A DNA stretch of 64,000 nucleotides from an uncultured bacterium (lineage in GTDB: Bacteria; Verrucomicrobiota; Kiritimatiellia; RFP12; UBA1067), in assembly GCA_902764415.1 (NCBI GenBank), contig CACWVU010000001.1, forward strand, positions 67,395 through 131,394. Direction: 5' to 3'. This document shows positions 1-8,991 of the stretch, piece after piece (position 1 is the stretch's first letter; the number at the start of each line of letters is the position of its first letter). The position numbers were made by a program, and so were the translations under genes. The notes under the pieces were generated by a model that did not search any database, had not been told where the DNA came from, and was given only the letters and a program-made list of their open reading frames with translations.

Positions 1-2
1 AG

Positions 3-494
3 CGCGCCGGCGTCGCCGGCGTCGTCTTCCACGCGCGCTTCACCTCGCAGATGCACGGCGGCGCGACGCACCTCGACCTGCTCGCGGAGATCGCCGCGCG
101 CGCGAAGGTGCCGGTGACCGGCAACGGCAGCGTCGTGGACGCGAAGAGCGCCGCGGCGATGGCGGCGACCGGCGTGGACGCAATCATGGTCGGGCGCGCG
201 GCGCTCGCGGACCCGTTCATCTTCGCCCGGCTCAAGGGGAACGAGCCGCCGGAGGAGTCGCCAGCCGCGCTCTGCGCGCGGCACCTCGGGTACCTGCTCG
301 ACTTCCGCGACCGCCTCGCCGCCGCGTATCCGCGCGACCACGTGCCGCCGCCGGATTCGTTCGCCGCGGTCAAGATGCACACCCACCTCTTCCGCTACTT
401 CAACGGGCGGCCGGGCGCGGCGAAACTGCGCGCGCGGCTAAATTCCGTCCGTACACTCGCGGAGATATATGATATAATTCACTCGTATGTTTGA
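3..494 (+). CDS. tRNA-dihydrouridine synthase (Dus family), 5'-truncated by the window edge
   Basis: Frame is open from nt 3 (..VVFHARFTSQMHGG..). It has the Dus motifs HAR, PVTGNG and DAIMVGRAALADP, plus a C-terminal helical region ending KLRARLN. Confidence 0.85.
   Translation, partial: RAGVAGVVFHARFTSQMHGGATHLDLLAEIAARAKVPVTGNGSVVDAKSAAAMAATGVDAIMVGRAALADPFIFARLKGNEPPEESPAALCARHLGYLLDFRDRLAAAYPRDHVPPPDSFAAVKMHTHLFRYFNGRPGAAKLRARLNSVRTLAEIYDIIHSYV
470..478 (+). promoter_or_regulatory. Extended -10 promoter (TGATATAAT), 8 nt before the ATG at 487
   Basis: AT-rich patch inside the dus 3' end; same architecture as five other promoters in the window. Confidence 0.6.
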
Positions 495-2583
495 CATCGT
501 AGTCATAACCGCGGCCAACCGCGCCCAGGCGGCGGGCTACCGCGCGCAGCTGCGCGGACGCAAAGGCTTCGTCGTGATCCCCGATCCCGGCGACCGCCGG
601 GTCGGCTCGCTCGGCGCCACCGTGAACGCGCTTAAACTGCTCGCGCGGCGCGGCGCGGCGCGCGGGCGCGTGCTCGTCTGCCACTCCGGCGGCGACGCGA
701 AGCGCACTCCGGCATACTCCGCGATGGGCAAGGCGTTTGTGCCGATGCCGGACGGACGCCCGATGCTCGACCACATCGTGGAGGCGATGGACGCGCTGCC
801 GCAGGCTCCGGGAGTCGTGGTCTGCTGCGGCGACGTGGTGCCGCGGCTTGATCCGGCTCGGGTCCGCTTCGCCGCGAAGGGCGTGACGGGCGTCGCCTAT
901 CCCGACGGTCCGTGGCAGGCGCGTAGACACGGCGTCTACGTGTCCAAGGCGGGGAGGGGGACGGCGCCGCGGCGAGTGGAGGATTTTCTGCAGAAGCCGG
1001 CGGTCTCGCGGGGCAAGTTCCTCGTCGACACCGGCATCATGTACATCGACTGGCCGACGGCGGAGAAGATGCGCGCGCTGCCGGTCGCCGGCGACATCTA
1101 CGAGGAGTTCCCGCGCCTGCTGCTCGGCGGCTTCGCGCCGTTCGCGGTGGCGGTGGCGCCGTCATGCGAGTTCTTCCACATCGGATCGTCGCGCGAGCTG
1201 CTGAAGCTGCTCGGGCGGAGGGGACGGAAGGGCGAACTCACGCTCGTCGACGGCGTGGAGGCGAAGGTGGAGAGCCTCGGCGGCGACAACATCGTCACCA
1301 ACGTGCCGGCGTCGTACGGTCCGGTCAGGCTCGCGAAAGGCGAGTGCCTCACTTCGATTCCGGTCGGCAAGTCCGGCTGGCGCCATCTCCGCTACCGCAT
1401 CGACGACAGCTTCAAGGAGGACGGACTCTGGGAGCGCCACCGGCTCGGCGAGCTGATGCCGCGCGTCGACCATGCGCGACTCCTCGCGCTGCGACGCCGC
1501 GCGAACGGCGCGCCGGCGGTGCGCGTCACCGCGCCGGTGCGCATCGACCTCGCCGGCGGCTGGTCCGATACGCCGCCCATCTGCGAGATCGAGGGCGGCG
1601 CGGTTCTCGCCGCGGCGGTTCGGCTCGACGGGAAGCGTCCGATCGAGGTGACGGTCTCGCCGCGCCGCGACCGCCTGGTCAAGGTGGTCTCGCGCGACCT
1701 CGGCAAGAGCCGGGTCCTCAGGTCCGCCCGCGAAGTAGCAGATCACTCGAATCCGGGCGACTGGTGCTGCCTCGTGAAGGCGGCGCTCGCCGTGACCGGC
1801 TTCAGGTTCGGCTCGGCCGGACTCGACATCGTCATCAGCGCCGATTTGCCGAAAGGCAGCGGGATGGGCACTTCGTCCATCCTCGGCGCCGCCACAATCG
1901 CCGCGCTTCTTCAGGCGACCGAAGTCGGCTTCGTGCGCGGCGGGGAGGTCGACGTCGACCGAGTCGGCGCGCTCACGCTCGCGCTCGAGCGCGAGATGCG
2001 CACGGGCGGAGGATGGGAGGACCAGTTCGCCGGCATGACGCCGGGGGTGAAGATGATGCGCTCGCGACCGGGCGCGGAACAGCGCGTAGCGGTCGAGCCG
2101 GTCGCGATGCCGCCGAAGGCGATGCGCGAGCTGATGCGGCGCAGCCTCCTCTTCTTCACCGGGCAGAAGCGCATGGCGCGCAACGTGCTGCGGCGTGTCC
2201 TCGGCTTCTACGCCGAGAACCCCCACGGCTTCGCGAAGATTCTGGTGGGCGCGCTCAAGGCCAACGCCGAGAAGGCGGCCGGGGCGCTCCGTCGCGGCGA
2301 CTTAGACGCGTTCGCCGCGTGCGTCAACTCCTACTGGCGCGACAAGCGCCTTTTAGACGCCGGTTCCACCAACGAGAAGGTGGACGACATCATCGACCTC
2401 ATCCGCGACCGCGCCGCGGCGGTGACGCTGACCGGCGCGGGCGGCGGCGGCTTCATGTACGTGCTCGCGAAGAGCCCCGCCGGCGCGCGCGGGATCCGCG
2501 TGACGCTCGAGCGCAATCCGCCGTCGCCGGACTCGCGCGTCTACGCCTTCGCGGTGGACGACGCCGGCATGAGGTTCGAATGA
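487..2583 (+). CDS. Bifunctional L-fucokinase/GDP-fucose pyrophosphorylase-like protein (Fkp-like, GHMP kinase C-terminus)
   Basis: N-terminal VGSLGAT and HSGGDAKRTP..GKAF motifs; C-terminal APVRIDLAGGWSDTPP, LPKGSGMGTSSIL, TGGGWEDQ and GAGGGG motifs. Confidence 0.8.
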   Translation: MFDIVVITAANRAQAAGYRAQLRGRKGFVVIPDPGDRRVGSLGATVNALKLLARRGAARGRVLVCHSGGDAKRTPAYSAMGKAFVPMPDGRPMLDHIVEAMDALPQAPGVVVCCGDVVPRLDPARVRFAAKGVTGVAYPDGPWQARRHGVYVSKAGRGTAPRRVEDFLQKPAVSRGKFLVDTGIMYIDWPTAEKMRALPVAGDIYEEFPRLLLGGFAPFAVAVAPSCEFFHIGSSRELLKLLGRRGRKGELTLVDGVEAKVESLGGDNIVTNVPASYGPVRLAKGECLTSIPVGKSGWRHLRYRIDDSFKEDGLWERHRLGELMPRVDHARLLALRRRANGAPAVRVTAPVRIDLAGGWSDTPPICEIEGGAVLAAAVRLDGKRPIEVTVSPRRDRLVKVVSRDLGKSRVLRSAREVADHSNPGDWCCLVKAALAVTGFRFGSAGLDIVISADLPKGSGMGTSSILGAATIAALLQATEVGFVRGGEVDVDRVGALTLALEREMRTGGGWEDQFAGMTPGVKMMRSRPGAEQRVAVEPVAMPPKAMRELMRRSLLFFTGQKRMARNVLRRVLGFYAENPHGFAKILVGALKANAEKAAGALRRGDLDAFAACVNSYWRDKRLLDAGSTNEKVDDIIDLIRDRAAAVTLTGAGGGGFMYVLAKSPAGARGIRVTLERNPPSPDSRVYAFAVDDAGMRFE

Positions 2584-3728
2584 CGGTCTGGATCGAGACG
2601 CCGTTCGACAACCTGCCGGCCGAGGGCTACCGCCGGATGCGCTACTCGCTCATGCAGGCGGCGTTCGTTGCCGCCGGTCACCGTGCGGTCGTCTTCGCCT
2701 CGGACTTCAACCACGGCACCAAGGCGCCGCGGCGGATCGCGGAGATGCCGCCGGACGTGGTGCTGGTGCCGACGATCCCCTATTCGGCCAACGTCTCGCT
2801 GCGCCGCGCCTTCAGCCACCTCGTCTATGCGCGGCGCTTCGAGCGCTTAGCGCGGCGGATGGCCGACGCCGGCGAAGTGCCGCGTCCGGACGTCGTCGTC
2901 GCCGCCGCGCCCACGCTCTCCGCCGCAACTGCCGCGATGCGGCTTGCGCGGCTGTACGGCGCGAAGTTCGTCCTCGACGTGCAGGACGCGTGGCCCGAGA
3001 CGTTCTTCCGCCTGTTGCCGAAGTGGCTTCGCTGGGCGGCGTGGCTGCCGCTCCTGCCGATGCGACTTGCCGCGCGCCGGCTCTACCGCCGCGCCGACCT
3101 GGTGACCGGAGTGTCGGCGCGCTACCGCGAGCTGACCGGGAGGAAGGATTTCGTCCTCGCGCCGCTGGGAATCGACGCGCCGGCTTCCCTGCCGCCGCGC
3201 GCCGCGCGGGCGGACGGGACGACGCGCCTTGTCTACGCCGGCAACCTCGGCTCGGGCTACGGACTCGAGACGGTGGTCGAGGCGGTGGCGCGCGACAGGT
3301 CGCTTACGCTCGACGTCGCCGGCACGGGCGGCAAGGAGGCGGCATTGAGGTCGTTCGCCGCCGCGTGCGGCGCGGCGGACCGGGTGGTGTTCCACGGCTA
3401 TCTCGGCGAGGCGGAGCTGAAGGCGCTGCTCGCGCAGTGCGACGTCGGCGTCATTCCGATGCGCGACGACAGCTGGGTGGGGCTGCCCAACAAGCTCTTC
3501 GACTATCTTGCGGCGGGGCTGCGCGTGGCGAGCTCGCTCGACGGCGAGTGCGGCGAGCTGCTGCGGCGCGAGTGGCTTGGGGCGGTGTACGACTTCGCCT
3601 CGCCCGACTCGTTCCTCGCCGCGCTCGGCTCGCTGCGGGATTCCGCCGCGGCGCTTCCCGCCCGCCTCCGCGCCGAGGCGATATATCCTGAGTATGTTGG
3701 GGAAGTAATGGCTCTTCAAAGAATTTAG
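2580..3728 (+). CDS. Glycosyltransferase family 4 (GT-B)
   Basis: ATGA overlap with the upstream gene; DVQDAWPE, LVYAGNLG and PNKLFDYLAAG motifs. Confidence 0.85.
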   Translation: MTVWIETPFDNLPAEGYRRMRYSLMQAAFVAAGHRAVVFASDFNHGTKAPRRIAEMPPDVVLVPTIPYSANVSLRRAFSHLVYARRFERLARRMADAGEVPRPDVVVAAAPTLSAATAAMRLARLYGAKFVLDVQDAWPETFFRLLPKWLRWAAWLPLLPMRLAARRLYRRADLVTGVSARYRELTGRKDFVLAPLGIDAPASLPPRAARADGTTRLVYAGNLGSGYGLETVVEAVARDRSLTLDVAGTGGKEAALRSFAAACGAADRVVFHGYLGEAELKALLAQCDVGVIPMRDDSWVGLPNKLFDYLAAGLRVASSLDGECGELLRREWLGAVYDFASPDSFLAALGSLRDSAAALPARLRAEAIYPEYVGEVMALQRI

Positions 3729-4031
3729 TGGAAGTGCCGACAGCGTGGTGTAAGAAACTCCGATCTGTGGGGCTCTCGCTACCGCTCCGCAGAATGGTGT
3801 GTGCTTCGCATTTGACATTCGTCATTGCACAGCCACTTTTACCATGTTTAATATCTGCGGCTTCGCCGCAGGGGGTCTGGGGGCTCGCCCCCAGATATAA
3901 AACCAGTTAATGCAGTCAAATGGATTGTGGTTGTGGGATGCGGAGCTACGGAGCGGTAGCGGGAGTCCCAACCATCGGAGTTCCAAACTAACACGATCTG
4001 ATAACATTTCCACCAAAAACTTCTAAGAGCC
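3710..4031. mobile_element. MITE-like non-coding element, 322 bp, with 8-bp target-site duplication GAAGTAAT
   Basis: Left end GGCTCTTCAAAGAATTTAGTGGAAGTG versus reverse complement of right end GGCTCTTAGAAGTTTTTGGTGGAAATG. GAAGTAAT occurs at 3702-3709 and 4032-4039. An inner inverted repeat AACTCCGAT...ATCGGAGTT spans 3756-3982. Confidence 0.8.
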
Positions 4032-4063
4032 GAAGTAATTCAGCTATCAGCAGCCAATCGCCG

Positions 4064-4092
4064 TTGACGCATTGGGCCGTTTTTGATACAAT
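4064..4092 (+). promoter_or_regulatory. Sigma70-type promoter for the infA operon
   Basis: TTGACG-N17-TACAAT, with an AAGGA SD-like sequence before the ATG at 4131. Confidence 0.7.
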
Positions 4093-4130
4093 ACACACAA
4101 TTTTCGTATAAAAAGGAATAAAACAACAGC

Positions 4131-4385
4131 ATGGCGAAAGAAGAAGACCAGGCGATAGAAGTGACGGGCACCGTCACCAAGGTGTTGCCTGCCACTATGT
4201 ACAAGGTGCGGCTCGAGAACGGACACGAGGTCCTTGCGCACATCTCGGGCAAGATGAGGAAGTTCTTCATCAAGATCGCGATCGGCGACACGGTCACCGT
4301 CGAGATCTCGCCCTACGACCTCGGCAAGGGCCGCATCACCTACCGCCACAAGGTCGGTGCCGAAGCAGTTTCCAACCATCCATAA
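4131..4385 (+). CDS. infA: Translation initiation factor IF-1
   Basis: [43 protein letters not shown]. Confidence 0.97.
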   Translation: MAKEEDQAIEVTGTVTKVLPATMYKVRLENGHEVLAHISGKMRKFFIKIAIGDTVTVEISPYDLGKGRITYRHKVGAEAVSNHP

Positions 4386-4406
4386 CAAGTCAAGGAGAAT
4401 ACAAAC

Positions 4407-5171
4407 ATGTCAGGTCACAGCCACTGGGCAACAATCAAGCGCGCCAAGGGCGCCGCGGACGCCAAGAAGGGCAAGATTTTCTCGAAGCTCGGCAAGGAAA
4501 TCACCATCGTCGTCAAGGCGAAGGGCGGCAACCCGGACAACAATCCGACGCTCCGCACGCTGATCGCCAAGGCGAAGGCGGCGCAGATGCCGAACGACAA
4601 CATCGAGCGCGCGATCAAGAAGGGCACCGGTGAGCTCGAGTCCGCCGAAATGGTGGACTGCCAGTACGAGGGCATCAAGAACGGCACCGCCGTGGTGGTG
4701 CGCGTGCTGACGGACAACAAGAACCGCGCGGCGGCCGAGGTCGGCAGCGTCTTCAAGAAGAACGGCATCGAGCTCGCGAAGCCGGGCAGCGCCTCGCGCC
4801 TCTTCGACAAGCTCGGCCAGGTGATGATCCCCGCGGCCGACGGCCTCACCGAGGACAAGGTGATGGAGGTCGCGCTCGACGCCGGCGCCGAGGACGTGCT
4901 GGTCGAGGACGGTGGCTTCACCGTCAAGACCCAGCCGAACGACTTCATCGCCGTCTCCGACGCGATCAAGGCCGCCGGCATCGCGATCGACGAGGAGAAC
5001 TCCAGCGTCGGGCTGGTGCCGAACATGACCAACCCCGTCTCGGACGTGGCGACCGCGAAGGCGATCAACAAGTTCGTCGAGATGCTCGAGGACCTCGAGG
5101 ACACGCAGGACGTCTACACCAACATGGAGACGACCGACGAGGTCGACGCCGCGCTCGAAGCCGAAGGCTGA
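4407..5171 (+). CDS. YebC/PmpR family protein
   Basis: MSGHSHWATIKRAK, MPNDNIERAIKK, LTDNKNR and DTQDVYTN motifs. Confidence 0.95.
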   Translation: MSGHSHWATIKRAKGAADAKKGKIFSKLGKEITIVVKAKGGNPDNNPTLRTLIAKAKAAQMPNDNIERAIKKGTGELESAEMVDCQYEGIKNGTAVVVRVLTDNKNRAAAEVGSVFKKNGIELAKPGSASRLFDKLGQVMIPAADGLTEDKVMEVALDAGAEDVLVEDGGFTVKTQPNDFIAVSDAIKAAGIAIDEENSSVGLVPNMTNPVSDVATAKAINKFVEMLEDLEDTQDVYTNMETTDEVDAALEAEG

Positions 5172-5220
5172 GCGCCGGTTCTCCCCCGCGGTCCCCGATC
5201 GGCTCGCCTCTTCTCCGGCC

Positions 5221-6093
5221 ATGCTCATCGGCTGCCACCTAAGCTCCTCCGGCGGCTATCTGGCGATGGCCCAGACGGCCGTCTCGATCGGGGCGAACGT
5301 CTTCCAGTTCTTCACCCGCAACCCGCGCGGAGGCGCGGCGAAGCCGGTCGACCCCGCCGACGTGGAGGCGTTCATCGCCTACGCGCGCGAGCACGGGATC
5401 GGCCCCATCCTCGCCCACGCCCCCTACACGCTCAACGCGGCAGGCGCCGAGGAGCGCGTGCGCGAGTTCGCCGAGGCGACGATGGCGGACGACCTGAAGC
5501 GGCTTGAGCTCACCCCTGGCGCGATGTACAACTTCCATCCCGGGAGCCACGTCGGCCAGGGCGCGGAGGCGGGGATCGAGCTCGTCTCCTCGATGCTCGC
5601 GCGCATTCTCCTTTCCTGGCGCGAGGCGCACGGCGGCAAGTTCCCCGCCACTTCGATCCTCTTCGAGACCATGTCCGGCAAGGGCAGCGAGCTCGGCCGG
5701 AACTTCGAGGAGATCCGCGCGCTCATCGACGCCACCGAGTCCAAGCTCGGGACCGGTGCACAAACACTTCTCGGCGTCTGCCTCGACACCTGCCATGTCT
5801 GGGACGGCGGCTACGACATCGTCGGCGACCTCGACGGCGTCGTCGCCGAGTTCGACCGCGTGGTGGGCCTTAAGCGTCTGAAGGCTGTCCACGTCAACGA
5901 CTCCATGAACGTGCTCGGCGCCCACAAGGACCGCCACGAGAAGATCGGCAAGGGCCGCATCGGGCTCGAGGCGTTCCGGCGGATCGTCAACCATCCTGCG
6001 CTCTCGCGCCTGCCGCTCTACCTCGAGACGCCCTGCGACTTGCAGGGGTACCGGGACGAGATCGCGCTCATGAAGGGGCTGCGGACGGCATGA
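5221..6093 (+). CDS. nfo: Endonuclease IV (AP endonuclease 2)
   Basis: QFFTRNPR, HAPYTLN, FHPGS, ETMSGKG, CLDTCH, HVNDS, DRHEKIG and LETP motifs. Confidence 0.95.
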   Translation: MLIGCHLSSSGGYLAMAQTAVSIGANVFQFFTRNPRGGAAKPVDPADVEAFIAYAREHGIGPILAHAPYTLNAAGAEERVREFAEATMADDLKRLELTPGAMYNFHPGSHVGQGAEAGIELVSSMLARILLSWREAHGGKFPATSILFETMSGKGSELGRNFEEIRALIDATESKLGTGAQTLLGVCLDTCHVWDGGYDIVGDLDGVVAEFDRVVGLKRLKAVHVNDSMNVLGAHKDRHEKIGKGRIGLEAFRRIVNHPALSRLPLYLETPCDLQGYRDEIALMKGLRTA

Positions 6094-6893
6094 GCCGCGC
6101 GCTGCTCGAGATCGAGGACCTCACGGTCGCCTACCGCTCGGAAGACGGGCGAGTGACCACGGCGGCCGAGGGCGTGACGCTGTCGCTCGACCGCGGCGAG
6201 TCGCTCTGCGTGGTCGGCGAGTCCGGCTCCGGCAAGAGCTCGGTCGCGATGAGCGTCGCGAGACTGCTGCCGAGCCCGCCTGCGTTCTGGCCGAGGGGGC
6301 GGATCCTCTTCGACGGCGAGGACGTCCTCGCGATGGACGTCGCGCGTCTGCGCGAGCTCCGCGGCCGCCGTATCGGCGTCATCTTCCAGGACCCGATGGG
6401 CTCGCTCTCGCCGCTCCACCGCATCGACGACCAGCTGGTCGAGACCGTCTTTCTCCACGAGCGGATGGCGAAGGAGTCCGCGCGCGAGTTCGCGGTCGAG
6501 TGGCTCGGCAAGGTGGGCGTGGACGACCCCGCGCGCGTCGCGCGCGCGTATCCACATGAGCTTTCCGGCGGGCAGCAGCAGCGGGTGATGATTGCGATGG
6601 CGATGATGCTGGGGCCGGACCTGCTGGTGGCGGACGAGCCGACGACGGCGCTGGACGTGACCGTGCAGAAGCAGATCCTCGCGCTGATGCGCGGGCTCGT
6701 CGGCGAGAAGGGCGCGCTCCTCATGATCACCCACGACCTCGGGGTGGTCTCGGAGATGGCCACGAAGCTTGCGGTAATGAAGGACGGACGCGTCATCGAG
6801 ACGGCCGCGGACGTCCGGGAGTTCTTTCGCCGTCCCCAACACCCCCATTCGCAGGCCTTAGTGGCCGAAGCGAGGAAAATGGAGCTCGAATGA
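6090..6893 (+). CDS. Peptide/nickel ABC transporter ATP-binding protein (OppD/DppD-like)
   Basis: Walker A GESGSGKS, IFQDP, YPHELSGGQQQR and LLVADEPTTALD. Confidence 0.92.
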   Translation: MSRALLEIEDLTVAYRSEDGRVTTAAEGVTLSLDRGESLCVVGESGSGKSSVAMSVARLLPSPPAFWPRGRILFDGEDVLAMDVARLRELRGRRIGVIFQDPMGSLSPLHRIDDQLVETVFLHERMAKESAREFAVEWLGKVGVDDPARVARAYPHELSGGQQQRVMIAMAMMLGPDLLVADEPTTALDVTVQKQILALMRGLVGEKGALLMITHDLGVVSEMATKLAVMKDGRVIETAADVREFFRRPQHPHSQALVAEARKMELE

Positions 6894-7546
6894 AGAGAAT
6901 AGGCATAATCGGCGCCGGCAGGTTCGGCATGTCGCTCGCGGAGTCGCTCGCCAACGCGGGCGTGGAGGTGCTGCTCATCGACCGGAACCGCCCGGCGATG
7001 CAGAACGCGACCGAGTTCGCGACCGCCCTGCAGGGCGACGCCACGCAGCCGCGCGTGCTGGACGAGGCGGGCTTCGGCGAGTGCGACGTGGTGGTCGTCG
7101 CGATCGGCTCCAACATCGAGGCGTCGATCATGGCGACCGCGAACTGCAAGGAGCTCGGCGTCGGCAACGTGGTCGCCAAGGCGTCGAGCGAGCTGCACGG
7201 CAAGATCCTGCGGCGCATCGGCGCCGACTCGGTGATCTACCCCGACCGCGACAGCGCCCACCGGCTCGCGCGGTCGATCGTCAACCACTCGGCCGTCGAC
7301 TTCCTCGAGGTGTCGGAGGGCTTCTCCATCGCCGAGATCGACGTCCCGGACGGCATCCGCGGGCTCACCCTCGCCGAGGCGGACCTCCGCAAGAAGCACG
7401 GCGTCACCGTGCTCTGCATCCGCCGCGCCGACGTCGACCCCAAGAAGCCGCGCCAGGTGGTGGTGCCGCAGGCCGCCGACACGATCCAGGGGGACGACAA
7501 GCTCATCGTCTTCGGAGAGACCAAGTCGATCGACTCGCTCGGCTGA
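6890..7546 (+). CDS. TrkA/KtrA family potassium-uptake regulatory subunit (RCK_N + RCK_C)
   Basis: IIGAGRFG Rossmann motif, GDAT, VVAKA..HGKILRRIGAD and a C-terminal TrkA_C domain. Confidence 0.92.
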   Translation: MKRIGIIGAGRFGMSLAESLANAGVEVLLIDRNRPAMQNATEFATALQGDATQPRVLDEAGFGECDVVVVAIGSNIEASIMATANCKELGVGNVVAKASSELHGKILRRIGADSVIYPDRDSAHRLARSIVNHSAVDFLEVSEGFSIAEIDVPDGIRGLTLAEADLRKKHGVTVLCIRRADVDPKKPRQVVVPQAADTIQGDDKLIVFGETKSIDSLG

Positions 7547-7548
7547 CG

Positions 7549-8832
7549 ATGGCAAGGCTCGTCATCAACGGCCGGCGGACCGTCTCCGGCGTCCACCGCG
7601 TGCAGGGCAACAAGAACGCGGCGCTGCCGATGATCGCCGCGGCGCTGCTCTCGCCGGAGCCGGTGACGCTCGAGAACGTGCCGGAGATCGAGGACGTGGC
7701 GATGATGCTCGAGGCGGCGCGCTCGTTCGGCGCGAAGATCTCGCGCGACCTCGCCGCCGGCACGGCGACGATCTCCGCGCCGCGGATCCGCACCGCCCGC
7801 ATCGCGCCGGAGCTCGCGGCGAAGATCCGCACCTCCTTCCTCTTCGCGGGCCCGCTCCTCGCGCGCCTCGGCCGCGCCTCGCTGCCGCCGCCGGGCGGCG
7901 ACCCGATCGGCCACCGCCGCCTCGACACCCACTTCGCCGGCTTCCGCGCGCTCGGCGCGAAGGCGGTGGCGGGCAAGAAGTCGCTTTCGCTGCGCGGCTC
8001 GCTCCGGGGCGTGCGGATGCTCCTCGACGAGGCGTCGGTCACGGCGACAGAGAACATCATGATGGCCGCCACGCTCGCGAAGGGTACGACCACGATCGCC
8101 AACGCCGCCTGCGAGCCGCACGTCGTCGACCTCGCCACGATGCTCAACGCGATGGGCGCGAAGGTCTCCGGCGCGGGAACCAACTTGATTCGGATCGAAG
8201 GCGTCGAGTCGCTGCACGGCTGCTCCGCGCGCGTCGGCTGCGACTACATTGAGGCCGGCAGCTACGTCGCCGCGGCGGCCGCTACCGGCGGCGAGCTGAC
8301 GCTCGAGAACGTCGACCCCGAGCCGTTCGATGCGCTGGAGGGGGCGTTCGCGCGCTTCGGGGTCACCTGGAGCGTCGACGCAAAGGCGCGCACCCTCCAC
8401 TACGTGCCGCGCAAGCGGCTCAAGATGAAGTACGACCTCGGCGACGCGATTCCGTCCGTCGCCGACGGCACCTGGCCGGCGTTTCCGTCCGACCTCATCT
8501 CGGTGCTGATCGTGCTCGCCACCCAGGCCCGCGGCACCTGCCTCTTCTTCGAGAAGATGTTCGAGAGCCGGCTCTACTTCGTGGACCGACTGCGCCAGAT
8601 GGGCGCGAAGATCGTGCAGTGCGACCCGCACCGGGTGGTGGTGACGGGGCCGTCAACGCTCTACGGCGGGGCAGTGTCGTCCAACGACATCCGCGCCGGC
8701 ATCTCGCTCGTCATCGCCGCGCTCTGCGCGAAGGGCGAGACGGTGATCGAGAACGCGGAGACGATCGACCGCGGCTACGCGGCGATCGAGCGCGGGCTCG
8801 CCGCGCTCGGCGCCGACATCCGCCGCGCTTAG
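7549..8832 (+). CDS. murA: UDP-N-acetylglucosamine 1-carboxyvinyltransferase
   Basis: GNKNAALP, PGGDPIGHR, SVTATEN, EPHVVDL, FESR and IDRGY motifs. Confidence 0.95.
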   Translation: MARLVINGRRTVSGVHRVQGNKNAALPMIAAALLSPEPVTLENVPEIEDVAMMLEAARSFGAKISRDLAAGTATISAPRIRTARIAPELAAKIRTSFLFAGPLLARLGRASLPPPGGDPIGHRRLDTHFAGFRALGAKAVAGKKSLSLRGSLRGVRMLLDEASVTATENIMMAATLAKGTTTIANAACEPHVVDLATMLNAMGAKVSGAGTNLIRIEGVESLHGCSARVGCDYIEAGSYVAAAAATGGELTLENVDPEPFDALEGAFARFGVTWSVDAKARTLHYVPRKRLKMKYDLGDAIPSVADGTWPAFPSDLISVLIVLATQARGTCLFFEKMFESRLYFVDRLRQMGAKIVQCDPHRVVVTGPSTLYGGAVSSNDIRAGISLVIAALCAKGETVIENAETIDRGYAAIERGLAALGADIRRA

Positions 8833-8844
8833 CGCGGCGGATGT
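8816..8844. terminator. Perfect 14-bp inverted repeat spanning the murA stop codon
   Basis: ACATCCGCCGCGCT-T-AGCGCGGCGGATGT followed by GTTT, between convergent murA and aspS. Confidence 0.5.
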
Positions 8845-8847
8845 GTT

Positions 8848-8974
8848 TCAGCAGCCAGCAGCCAGCAGCCAACAGCCAGTAACCAGCAGCCAACAACCAG
8901 CAGCCAGCAGCCAGTAGAGAGGAGATTGCCATCCTCTTTCCGCTGGACGCTGATCGCTGGCTGCTGGTTGCTGA
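8848..8974. repeat. Heptamer tandem array (YCAGCAG-like) in two inverted arms around a short hairpin
   Basis: Ten units at 8848-8917, spacer with AGAGGA..TCCTCT, then five reverse-complement units at 8940-8974. Confidence 0.85.
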
Positions 8975-8991
8975 TACGCTTCGGTCGGCGC

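Noticed and set aside
2843-2861. 19-nt exact match GCGCTTAGCGCGGCGGATG shared with 8825-8843
   Set aside because: It lies in-frame inside the GT4 gene with no extended similarity; such a match is plausible by chance in 64 kb of GC-rich DNA.
3728-4016. Small ORFs 3728-3910 (+), 3822-4016 (-) and 10925-11245 (+) sharing an LRWLGLPLPLR peptide
   Set aside because: The similarity simply reflects the repeated inverted ends of the MITE; there is no coding signature or RBS.
8848-8974. Possible CRISPR array from the repeated units here and at 50443 and 52435
   Set aside because: Units are 7 nt with no unique spacers, and no cas genes are present.
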